Positions 37,453 through 49,418 of a stretch of 64,000 nt of DNA are shown one piece after another. This DNA comes from Eledone cirrhosa (lineage: Eukaryota): contig OZ024741.1 of assembly GCA_964016885.1 (NCBI GenBank), positions 299,398,001 to 299,462,000 on the forward strand. Reading direction: 5' to 3'. How positions within the stretch are numbered: position 1 is the first letter of the stretch; every line of letters starts with the position of its first letter. Below the pieces are notes generated by a model. The model was not told where the DNA came from. It did not search any database and saw nothing but the letters and a program-made list of their open reading frames with translations. Both the position numbers and the translations under genes were made by a program.

Positions 37453-38266
37453 CAAATCATTTTTAATAAGGCTGAGCTTTTCGTCTTACGCTTTTAATAA
37501 AGGTTATCATATCACACTGGAGTGAAGGAGTGGGGGATAACTTTTCTCTCTTTAAATTTTCTTTTCCCTTTTAATTATATCTGAACTACCAATATTCAGA
37601 TTTCATTAGACACGTAACTATAGATTTTCCACTATTCCTATAATTTTTCTCTGTAAGTATATATCTTACCGTTTTAATTCGAATATGTATATATTCTCGT
37701 CTTAAATATTGTTTTAATGTTTGTAATGATTTACTATCTCCATTTCTAACACTATAGTTTATAATTATTTCTCTTCTGAATCTCTTAAGACTTCTATTGT
37801 TTATACAATAATGTTTTAGTTCTAAATCTGTGATACATATTTGTATCTGAACAGGTGTTTAAATTTATGTACATATTTATTTATTCAACATTTTCAACAA
37901 AACGGTTTCATGAATTACTGTGGTAAACTAAGATAAGATTCAATAGTACTATTCTCTATACACAACAATTTCAATGTATATTTACTTCACCACTAAATAT
38001 TCTAATAATTTCAGTTCAAAATAGTTTTTGTATAATGAATACATTTTCACTGATACAATTTCAATACATACAACACTATAAATCTAATTTATAGATTTGT
38101 GTACACTTTAAATCACAATTTTATATAAAAATGTTCGTTCAGTGAGGACAAATGTTCGTTCAGTGAATCCTTAATAGGAGACAAATAAATAAACATTAAT
38201 CAAATTTATATATCATAAGTATCACGTAATCAGAAACGATAAATAATAGAATTAATAGACTCATCT

Positions 38267-38482
38267 AGGGCGGTGGATTGGCAGTAGGGTAGAGGGTCGG
38301 ACGCCATGCTTTTCAGCATAGAGTTAAGGCCCTTTATGATCTGAGTTCAAATCCCCCCGAGGTTAACTTTGCCTTTCATCCTTATGCGGTCAATAAAATA
38401 AAGTACCAGTCACACAGTCGGGTCGATTAAATTGACTTTCTCCTCCCTCAAAATTGTTGACCTTGTACCTATATAAGAAACC
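38267..38482 (+). mobile_element. tRNA-derived SINE (long subfamily), 16-bp TSD
   Basis: TSD attaatagactcatct at 38251-38266 and 38483-38498. Carries the extra gggtcgattaaattgactttctcctccctcaa segment. Confidence 0.93.
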
Positions 38483-38786
38483 ATTAATAGACTCATCTGC
38501 CCCTCTATAATGAATGAATATTGGGGATAATGTGATCTATGTGATACGAAATAAAATAAATCTAATAAGAATTTGAGAATTGTAAAATATAGTGAATATT
38601 ATAAGAATGGTTTCAAGATTAACTCGGCTTGTCTTGAAGGGGGATCCACCTGGATAAGAAGAAGAAGAAGAAGAAGAAGCGACTGATGACTAGATCAAGA
38701 ATTTGATTACTTCTCCAGGCATTCATATATATGTAAATTCCGAGTTAAATAAATAATATATTAAATAAAGAATAATTGATAATAAT

Positions 38787-38977
38787 AATTGTTTCTACTT
38801 TTGGCACACGGCCAGCAATTACCCAGTGCATTACTGGTACCTTATTTTATCGACCCCGTACGGATGAAAGGCAAAGTTAACCTCGACGGGATTTGAACTC
38901 AGAATGGCAAGGGCCGTAACTCTATACGTCAAAGCATGGCGTCCGACCCTATACCGATACTGCCAATCCACCGCCCT
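38787..38977 (-). mobile_element. tRNA-derived SINE (short subfamily)
   Basis: Full head to tail. TSD-like ataattgataataat on both sides. Confidence 0.92.
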
Positions 38978-39683
38978 TGATAATTGATAATAATGATAAT
39001 GGAATAAACATATAGTGAAATAGTGACAAGAATAGAATAAGGTTTTAAAAAATTATAATGAGAATTATAAGATTAAGAAATTTTCAAAAACAATAAAGTC
39101 TACTAAAATTTACAAACACTATGTGGCAAATTTATGTTAAATATATATATATATATATATTTATTTATTAAAATAACAGATTAAAGTTTAAGCAAAGAAT
39201 CGCTGCTTTAACCCTTAACGGGATCTTCTGAAACTAACAATGTCAATCTGTGAACGCAGAAGTGATTTTTTAAATTTATATTAACTATTTTTTTTCAGTA
39301 CGTTATAACATGCTTATAATATTGGTTGTATCATATTTCCTTGTATATTTGTCCATATTATTGTTCGTTTTACGTTAGATTATTTTATTATTATTATGTT
39401 AGATTATTTTTGTATTATTATGTTAGACTATTTGTATGTAATATTTAATTTTTATTAATTCAACTATAACAATTATTATGTAAAATATATGTATTTAATA
39501 CTGATTGTTTTTTGTAGTTGTTTATATTAAAAGTCTGAAAATATTTTTATACATCTTATGAATAATATTTATAAGATCATTTATAAAATAACAATTATAT
39601 AATCAAATTACATTACAACGATAATTGATTATTAATATATATCATGTTTAACTAGAGTTATTACAACTAAAAAAATATTAAAT

Positions 39684-40128
39684 TAGATCTGAAAAATGCG
39701 CAAGCTAAAAAGAGCCACAGAATGTTATAATAAACCTTCAAAAGTGTGGGACTAGAGTTGTTGCTCAAAAATATTGTAATCATTATCTATCCAACACTCT
39801 GTGGCATCCTTTTATAAAAAAAAGAGACACATAACGAACTCAAGACGACACGATAATTATTTAAGTGAATTTATAATATAGAATTCGGTTTAAGTGCATT
39901 TCGTATTAATCATTACTAAACATCTAATATGAGATATTGAACATTAGCTTCAATAATTATCGTGTCTTCTTGAGTTCGTTATGACTCTCTTTTTTATAAA
40001 AGGATGCCACATAGTGTACGATAGATAATGATTACAATATTTTTGAGCAACAACTCTAGTCCCACACTTTTGAAGGTTTATTATAACAATCTGTGGCTCT
40101 TTTGAGCTTGCGCATTTTTCAGGTCTAG
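39684..40128. repeat. ~180 bp inverted repeat with ~85 bp spacer
   Basis: tagatctgaaaaatgcgcaagct...gacacgataattatt / aataattatcgtgtc...agcttgcgcatttttcaggtcta. Confidence 0.92.
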
Positions 40129-40365
40129 TGACTAATCGATTGTGTGGAAAATACACTAGATTGTATTTGGAAATTCACGCATGAATATTAATGGAAAAAC
40201 AATCGCCATGTCCGATCTATATATACAAGATTTAATTTTTCCAAGTAACAAAAATTGCACGAGTGATTTCCGATTAATGTAAAGCTCTGATTAAAAGAAT
40301 AAATAACTTCTTGACGTCCGTTTTATTACACTTATTGTGTGGCCTTATTACTCTGGCGTTATTAC

Positions 40366-40747
40366 ATGGCCGAATCAGTAGAGGATCAGAGGCCATGCTT
40401 TTCAGCATGGAGTTATTTCCCTTTACGGTCTGAGTTCAAATACCCCTGAGGTTAACTTTGCCTTTCATCCTTACGGGGTTGAAAAAATAAAGCACCAGTC
40501 ACCGACTGGGTTCGATTTAATCGACTTTCTTCTCTCCCCAAATTACTGCCTATACTAGGAATCATTATTATACACATTGGTAGTATCAGTAGAGGGTCGG
40601 ATGCCCTGCTTTGCAGTATAGAGTTACGCCCATTTAAAGTCTGAGTTCAAATCCCGCCGCCGAGGTTAAATTTGCCGTTCATCCTTGCGGAATAGATAAA
40701 TGCACTTGGGTAATTTCTGGCCTTGTGCCAAAAGTAGAAACAGTTAT
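40366..40747 (+). mobile_element. Two tandem SINE copies (long then short subfamily)
   Basis: Two ctgagttcaaat..gaggttaa.tttgcc.ttcatcctt cores. ttattatacaca flanks the second copy. Confidence 0.88.
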
Positions 40748-40789
40748 TATACACACAGGTAGTTTACTGTGATTTAGTACTACAGTACT

Positions 40790-41140
40790 CCTCATTGTCT
40801 ATACGTCTCCGAAACATGGATGGCAACAGTGGAATTCCCGAGAAATATACTGGCATTCGAAATGAAATGCTTCATTAACACCATTACTTGTAACCCATTA
40901 TAACCATTACTGTGTAACCCATTAACAATTAATGAATTCGTCCGGTAATCAAGCAACATATACGAAGGAGACCTGATAATAACTGTAAATATTTGATGAA
41001 TTGACGAAGACAAACTTCCAAGGAACAATCAAAAGGGGAAAAGGCAGGTGTCAGAAGAAATATGGGCCGATAATTTCAAGGAATGAAGCTCTAATATGGA
41101 GGAAGGTGGTGCATTGTTCCAAGCTACCGCTACCCAACGA
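40790..41140 (+). mobile_element. Decayed RTE-clade LINE 3' fragment
   Basis: Fragments ILAFEMKCF, QGTIK.G..R, WADNFKE resemble RTE ORF2 C-termini. Confidence 0.5.
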
Positions 41141-42027
41141 ACGTGAATCGCCCCGTACATGTGTCTGTGGAAAGCTCAAGCAGTGTCATGTTGATTACAC
41201 GAGAAGGCTGTACTATTAATTAAATCAAGTGGAATATTCGTCATATGCGACATATTTTTGAGGAACACTTTCTAGAAGAAGGCAGAAATTCTTTGCTAAG
41301 ACATAATAAATTTATAAATATTTGGTATAAAATTATTTCGAACATATTATTCGATTACTCTTAGTATTTTGGTTTGCTTGAACAATAGAGATGAATTGTT
41401 TATGCGTATAACCTTTTTAATGCTCTCTATTTTCTGTCCCCCCACCCTCTCTCTGTAGTGTGTTATTATTTGCTTCGTTATTTCTGTTTGCCGTTTGTCC
41501 ATATATATACAGAGAAATATATAGAGAGAGAGAGTAAGGAAGAAATACTACACACGTAAACATTTCTTCCAATGCTCAAGCAATAAAAAATACAAAGGAA
41601 AATTGAAACGTACACACACACACACGTATCATAAGCATATATATACGCACAATCACACACACATACACATATGTACATATATATATATATATACGCACAA
41701 TCACGAACACACATATGTATATACATGCATTGCACATATACAAGTATACACATTTGATGTATCTTAAATTATTTTCGTCCGTTTGTGTAATACATGTGCA
41801 GAAGCAAACTGACGCCATTGCTACTGCATACGTACCAAAAACATTTAATGTGCGTATGCGCATGTTCGTATGTGGGCAAGTGTAAGTCTCTGTGCGTGAT
41901 TGCAGAGATATAGAGTTAGTAACAATTGTGTGGAATCATCATTTTAAGAATAGAAAATAAATATGCATACATATATATTTATACACACACACATGCACAT
42001 ATACATGCACACACACACAGAGAAACA

Positions 42028-42098
<71 letters not shown>

Positions 42099-42219
42099 TC
42101 ATATATTATATATATAAAAATATATATACATCGAGTTAAACTGCCTGTATATATATATATGTGGCTGTGTGTGTGTGGGAGAGAGAGTGTGTGTGTGTGA
42201 GTGTGTGTATGTGCGTAAA

Positions 42220-42520
42220 GGGCCCATTTGGTTACTAACGACCATGGGATTTGCGCGTAGAAAGGTCTCCTCCGAGGCACAAGTCCCGACAACTTTTTTT
42301 ATGGAACACCAGCAGTCGCCTATGCTTACGAGTCTCTCAACTGCCCGCCACTAATGTTGTGTAAGGGAAAAGCAATACATATACAGCTTGGCACCAGTGA
42401 TGACGCAATTCACTTCTACAGCTAATTTGGAGCAACGTGAAATAAAGTTTCTTTCACAATGCATCACCCGTTCTGCGAATCGAACTCATGACTTCACACT
42501 TTCAAGACCAATGTTACACC
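42220..42520 (-). mobile_element. Older SINE of the second family (same head as 60670-60780). Probably related old SINE debris at ~8620-8880, ~55190-55420 and ~57990-58230
   Basis: ggagcaacgtgaaataaagt..gaatcgaactcatgac matches the 60592 unit. gaaattaacgt.ca and ttcagcgtgac are shared by the 8620 and 55190 segments. Confidence 0.6.
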
Positions 42521-42682
42521 CCCCCCCCCACATATATATATATATATATATATATGGTATGTGGATTCACCAATTATGTCGGGGTTAACCAGAGTCAAAA
42601 AAGGTAAACAATACGATGAGAGGGAATAGGCCTCTTTATTGTTTATAGAAATAACGTATGCGAATGACGCAATTCTAATCTA

Positions 42683-42735
<53 letters not shown>

Positions 42736-42931
42736 GTTAATAGGTCGGTAGAGATATTCAATGTGTAGAGCAACTCAAGATCATAGAACAAGTTTTGATA
42801 TAAATATTAAGGTGAGATACTAAAACGGCGCCATAATAAGGACGTATGTTTCTTTAACTTGGAGAGCTAACAAAACGTATGTTGCTGGTGCGGCAACGTT
42901 GTAATAAATGGCGTTAATAATTATATATGTT

Positions 42932-42975
<44 letters not shown>

Positions 42976-43172
42976 TCTGTATGTGTGTCTGTGTGTCTGT
43001 GTTTGTGTATGCATGTGCCTGTGTCTATGTATGCGTGTGTGTGTGTGTGTGTGTGTGTAGTTTGTGAGTGTGGGTGTGTGGGCTTGTAAGCAAAATTTCC
43101 TGTATCAAACTCGTGTTTTAGTAACAACCGTTTCTGTAACAATTTTGTTCGCAAATGCAGTGTTAAATGAAA

Positions 43173-43393
43173 TAATGGTTTCTTATATAGGCACAAGGCC
43201 AGCAATTTTGGGGGAGGAGAAAGTCGATTAAATCGAACCCAGTGCGTGACTGGTACTTTATTTTATCGACCCCGTAAGGATAAAAGGCAAAGTTATCCTC
43301 AGCGGGATTTGAACTCAGAACTTAAAGGTCCGTAACTGTATGCCACAAAACATGGTGTCGGGCCCTCTACCGTTACTGCCAATCCATGACCCT
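43173..43393 (-). mobile_element. tRNA-derived SINE (long subfamily)
   Basis: Reverse complement of the 38267 type. Confidence 0.9.
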
Positions 43394-46300
43394 GGTGTTA
43401 AATAAAATAATGAAAGGTGTATTTTGAAACATCATCAGACAACTATGGAACGGGACTAGTTTCAGGATCAATTCGTAAGTCTTGGTAACAATGTCCTTGT
43501 ATATCCCGAAAAGAACATTAAAAATATACTGAAGATAAATGACTAAATATCGACAGGAGATTCAGGAAGGGACACATGAGGAGATAAGATAGGAAGTATA
43601 AATATAGAGATTCCATTGTAGGTTTGGGTAAATAAGGATGTTTGTCAGTCAGCCGTTATATTATAGTGGGTGTATACATAAAGATGCGACGTTATCTAAA
43701 CACTAAAAATATAAATAAAAAAATAAAAACCACAAATGTGATTGAGAAGTATATCCACCTCGTTAAGTATCTCCCCTAATGTATATCATGAATTTCAATC
43801 GAATAGTCGTTGAAGCTGCAGGGTTAACGCTATCTCCATTCTGTTAACTGGGACAACGTGGTGCCTTGCGTTTCGGGTTCTGCAAGCAAGAGGACATTTT
43901 CTCACATTGTTCTGATTGGTATCATTGAGGTAGCGATGATGTACTTTACTGATATCACGAACTTTCTGAATATTAAATTGGTTGGATTACAATATATTTA
44001 AATGAACGATTTGAAGATAATTTTCATTTTATACCTGATTTGAAATAAGAAGACATGAAAATCAAGTTCATTGCCAGTAAAACTAAACTGAAAACGAAAT
44101 ATTGAGGCAGTAGTAGCTTCCATTATATTGTATTACAGTAGGCATTAACATGGATACAGAGACTGTCGGCTCCACATCGTTTAGTTTATATTTGTGATGG
44201 TCAATGGGTTGTTTTATAGTAACACAAATCGATCACCTACAATTGTTTGCTATGTACCCACATTATACGTTAATGTTCACTAAACAATCTTTAACTTAAA
44301 AAGATTTTAATATTGGCAAGGTGTATGTGCATGTTAAGAAAACTGAAAAGAAAAAAGAAACAGAAGTTGAAAATTTGAAAATTAAGCCTTCAATGTATTG
44401 TGATCCGCGTTATTTTTTACGAATCATTCTATTTTTACCATTTATTAATTATTCAATCCGATGCTACATCACAAACAACTCATCACAAAATAGGATCCGT
44501 GGTTCTAGTTAGGTATATTCTATGTTTTCTCTTTAAGATTCTATTTAAGCTTGGCGAGAGATGCATTTTGTTTTCCATCGATATTTTTAAAAAGTAATCA
44601 TGACTATAATAGTAGTTCTTAAAGCGATGTGCTGTGGAACCTATATATACACTGTGTATTGAGATACTACATGTTACGAAAGAGCTGGGTTATTTAACAG
44701 ATATTGTGAAGGAATTTAACATTACACAGTTTATGATGGACTAAATTATTATTTGCCCTGCTTTCCATGAGCATCACTGGTGAGGTATTGAATTTCTGCG
44801 ATGTTTGACGTATTAGTTTGGTCATGAATATTTCCAGAAAGCAGATATTTATTACTATTCATTAGATGATTTTGTGTTTTTATATTATTCTTTTAGTTAT
44901 CTAATTGTTTTATTATTCGTTGCAGCTCCGACATTCACTAGATCTATTGCAGGAGAGTAAGCTAATTCTACAATGTGTCTGTTGAAGATTGTATGATGTA
45001 GTGACAGTCAGAGGTGGAAAAATATCTATAATTCTGAAAAAACATCTGATGTTATGTTTATGGCTTAGGGGCGATTGAAAAACTTCATATTATATCTTGT
45101 ACAAAATAGTCTCAGTTGTTTTATTGTTATTTATAATATGGTTAGTCTTAAAAGTAACTTGTTTCTACCAGACGTAGAGAGTAAGTGAATTGTCTCCGTG
45201 TGTTACATTGCTACGGAGGGTTGTATTTGTTTCATTACTATTCCCGTTAAACGTATTACCGTGCATATCTATATCTAAATTAGATTTAGAGACCATGGAA
45301 AAAAGAAGTAAATACCTCCGTTATTATCAAATGCATTTAAATTAACTTTAGGTTTTAATGTAATACCATTTCGGTGTGCGTTACTATTATCATTGTTACC
45401 GAGTTTGAATGTATCACCATACTTGTGCTTATAATCGTCCTTGAATCTATTAGTGTGTTTCATCATTACCTTCAGTGTGTTATTGTATTCCGTTCATTGT
45501 GCGTGTTCTACGTCATATCTATCTTTCATTATATGCATAGTTACGTCCCTTTACGATTTGAGTTCAAATCCCGCCGAGGTTGACTTTGCCTTTCATCCTT
45601 ACAGGCTCGATAAAATAAAGTACCAGTAATGCACTGGGTAATTGCTGGCCTTGTGCCTAAAGTAGAAACAATTATATGTATATAATTAGGAAGTTATCTG
45701 ATGCCCGCATAGCCTACCCTAGCTAATGTATTGTTATAGAAATCAACATTCTATATGAAGATGATTTCATTAGCTGAGAGACTAGAGGATTCGAACGTGG
45801 TTCCATTAACAATTGACTTAATAATCGCTCTAGGATGGTTAGAAATTATGTTCATATAGTGGGGACTTTCATTTGGGTTCGTAATAGGAAGAATAAATGT
45901 TCGTCTGGTGTTTTAAAATGACATCTAAGACATTAGTAGTTTCAATATTATTATCCATAGAGTTTGATTGTCTTATATTTTCAAAAGGTGAGCCAGTGTT
46001 GACGTTATCATTCTAGTTGAACGTCGATACACATATAAAATAGGGCGGAAGCATAGTTCATTTTTATTGTTGTATAGAATATAAATTCCTGCTATATCAG
46101 TCTCCTACACGGATTCGCTCGTTCGCATGGTGATATCAAAGTTATTCGGTTTATCTTTTCCCGTCCTGTATTTATTATCTAATTCAATTACAGATTTCTT
46201 AGCAGATAATATTAGGTCAACCAATTTCCTTGGTAGCTCCATATTCTTCATGGCAAAAATTAGTGATCTATATAGAAGCAATAGTAATTTGATATATCTA

Positions 46301-47593
46301 ACAGCATAAATTTCCTATTCCGTTTTTATGTAAGCCATTGGGCCATCAGATTACAACATCAGTTTGACGATATAATTGATTCACATTCTATCTTTAAACA
46401 TTGGCACTATACCGTACATTATTATTTTAATGATTTTGCCTGTAGCCCATTCTGATGGGTTCATCGCCCTGACTGAATGTTTAACCTTTAGATTTATGAT
46501 TCCTTTGATACCTGATTTTAGGCAGATATGGTTCAGTTCTACTCGCAATATTTAACTGTCAAAAATGTTTATTCACCGATATGTATATATATATATATAT
46601 ATATATACAATTAAATATTTTTAGCCGTGATGGTATTAGAATAGTTCTGTATATCTTCATTTTAAGAGATATATTTGAACCAGTGTTGAAATTATACCGT
46701 TTTTGCAGGTTACCCACGTGACTTAAATCAGTGTGCATTTGTTCAGGTAATTAATTCTGAAATTTATTGCTCGGCGCTATTACTTGTTTCCCATTGAGTG
46801 TTTTAGTTACTCCTCAGATATACCTAGACTAGGATTGTGCGGGGGAATTTTATGGAAATTGAATTCCTAGTAAAATGATGTATCGCTGCATTAACAAATT
46901 AGAGATGTTAATGAGGGATAGTTATGTCATCTAGCGAAGAATTTCTGCATTATTTTGATAAGGCACTGTGGAAGCTTGATAATTTAATGGAACAGAAATG
47001 TTGGTTTTGACGATTCAAACAATCTCTATGCAAACTGTAGTTAGTAGTTGATGCTATCGCTTGCTTTACGAGATGAAATTAAAATAATGATTATTCTAGG
47101 AAATATACGTATATACTCAACGAGTAATTTAAATGCAGAAATACGATTTTATACAAAGATTGAATAAAGACATCGCAGAGTATGATAAACGAAAAAGGGT
47201 GGACATTTCAGTTTAATATCCGTTTATTATGCATCTCTTAACTGCAGTGTACTGTAACGATGTGCAAATGGAAATGTTTTTAACGTCACACGAGACGTAT
47301 GAGTTGTGGCTTATTTCTGAATCAATATGCTGTCGAGTCTATATATATATCACAATTTATACAGGGAACATGTTTTATGCAACCTTAGATTTCAAGGCAA
47401 ACATTGACTGAACAGAGTATAGAATGTATGAAGCAGCTGTGCAAAACTCAAACGTGATTCATCTGCCGCAGTGTGAATATATGTGTCGCAGTATACAATC
47501 GCAATCTTTAGTTACCATCACGCAATTGCTTTGAAGCATAAACTAGCATGTTACATGTGTATGAGTCATAATAAATACATTTACTAGAAACCC

Positions 47594-47680
47594 TGTATAT
47601 ATGTATGTGAAGTTTAAATAACGGTGGGAAGGAAAAATCCTTCCCACCGTTATTTAAACTTCACATACATATATACACAC

Positions 47681-47727
<47 letters not shown>

Positions 47728-47846
47728 TAAACAAATAATGAATAAACAATAAGACAGTTCCTTATATTAAACAAAAAAAGTTCACTTTTTTTGTTTAATA
47801 TAAGGAACTGTCTTATTGTTTATTCATTATTTGTTTAATATTTTAT
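47594..47846. repeat. Two perfect hairpins (47594-47677, 40-bp arms; 47719-47846, ~63-bp arms) either side of a (TA)n tract
   Basis: acggtgggaagga-aaaa-tccttcccaccgt; aaacaaaaaaagt-tc-actttttttgttt. Confidence 0.95.
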
Positions 47847-48227
47847 CTTGACTCTGTATACCGTTTATCTTTCACCGAAAGTGATTTTTCATTACATCTC
47901 TTCTTTCCATGATATCCGGAATACATTGAGTTCTTCATACGGATTGGACACTACCGTAAACTCTTGGTAGATTTATCTACATATATATATATATATATAT
48001 ATATACATAATATTTATATATATATGCATGTATATATGTGTGTGCGTGTGTGTGTATGTATGTATGTATGTATATAAGAATCCATATCTTAGCAAAAAAG
48101 GGGTGATATGTAGTCTTTATAAACTAGGTATGTGACTTTCGTCACAACTTCATAATTCATAGCGAAAGGCCCCCAACATTTTTGTCATAAACATACTGTA
48201 CATTATTAAATATACAATACAGGTCTC

Positions 48228-48261
<34 letters not shown>

Positions 48262-48268
<7 letters not shown>

Positions 48269-48882
48269 TTAGTGCTCTGAAATAGCGATATATATATGAA
48301 TGTATAATAGTGTATTTTGCAATATACTGTATGCTTAATTAAAAGCATTTTGAAGAACTTACGCTATTGTTTTAAAGAAGTTACAATGTCACTTACTTCT
48401 CGTTTCAGCAAACAGGGGGAGATAAGCTGACAGAGCTTTGTTTCGTACTTGTTGGTACTTATCAAAGCTCAACACTCCGCTGAAAATTATGAATGTTGGA
48501 TTCTTATAGAATTCCAGTAATAATCAGGAACTGATTATATAGAGCGGTTGCCGATCCAGCAAACATTGAAAATTAGAATTGGTGCTCTGAAATTGCGACA
48601 TATATATGAATGTATATATAGTGTATTTTGCAATACACTGTATGCTTAATTAAAAGCATTTTGAAGACCTTACGCTATTGTTTTAAAGTAGAATCCAATA
48701 TTCATAATTTTCAGCGGGTAGGAGGAGTGCTGAGATTTGATAAGTACCAACAAGTACGAAACAGAGCTCTGTCAGCTTATCTCCCCTTGTTTGCTGAAAA
48801 TAGAAGTAAGTGATATTGTCACTACTTTAAACCAATTGCGTAAGGTCTTCAAAATGCTTTTAATTAAGCATACAGTGTATTG

Positions 48883-48888
<6 letters not shown>
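48262..48888. repeat. Composite direct + inverted duplication carrying two U3-A8 HHR copies, bounded by (TA)n
   Basis: 48262-48377 is repeated directly at 48572-48688. About 48317-48505 is repeated inverted at ~48690-48888. Confidence 0.88.
48732..48778 (+). ncRNA. Hammerhead motif with U3-A8 variant core (second copy on minus strand at 48424-48470)
   Basis: gag(a/c)t-TTGATAA-gtac caacaa gtac-GAA-acagagctctgt-C-agctt. GUC triplet, 12-nt palindromic stem III. Confidence 0.68.
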
Positions 48889-48938
<50 letters not shown>

Positions 48939-48945
48939 AATGTAA

Positions 48946-49418
48946 ATCTGAATTTTTCGAATGTTAACAATAATATTCGATTCGTTTGCAATCATGCAAA
49001 CAGCCTCGCAAGTCATTTCAATAGAATGACCACGACTACTTGCCCTTGTGTTAGCATATAAAGAGAACGGCAAGCACTAATGTTTCGGGGTTATTACTCT
49101 TCATCAGTACCGTATACTCTTTAACTTCTTCCAACTATCAGAGCTCGTGTAAATATATATTTTCTGGAATATACAGTGACTGCTCGGCCTGCTTTGCATA
49201 TTAGCAGACTGTCTCATCAGCCAGATCTCTATATTAGCACACCCACTGATCAGCAGATATGCATACGAACGATTAACATTAGTGTTTGCAATTCAGCTTA
49301 TATGCCAACGCAAGAGCAATAATGACGGGGACATTGTACTTACATTGCTTAAGAGACTGTTAGCATATTTGCAAAAGAATCGAATATTATTATTAATATT
49401 CGAAACACTCAGATTTAT
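48946..49418. repeat. Diverged ~140 bp terminal inverted repeats enclosing an HHR
   Basis: taaatctgaatttttcgaatgttaacaataatattcgattc..gcactaatgtt / aacattagtg..gaatcgaatattattattaatattcgaaacactcagattta. Confidence 0.8.
49068..49112 (-). ncRNA. Hammerhead motif, slightly decayed
   Basis: Reverse complement cggta-CTGATGA-agagt aata acccc-GAAA-ca ttag tg-CT-tgccg. The inverted partner at ~49275 retains GTT at the cleavage triplet. Confidence 0.55.
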
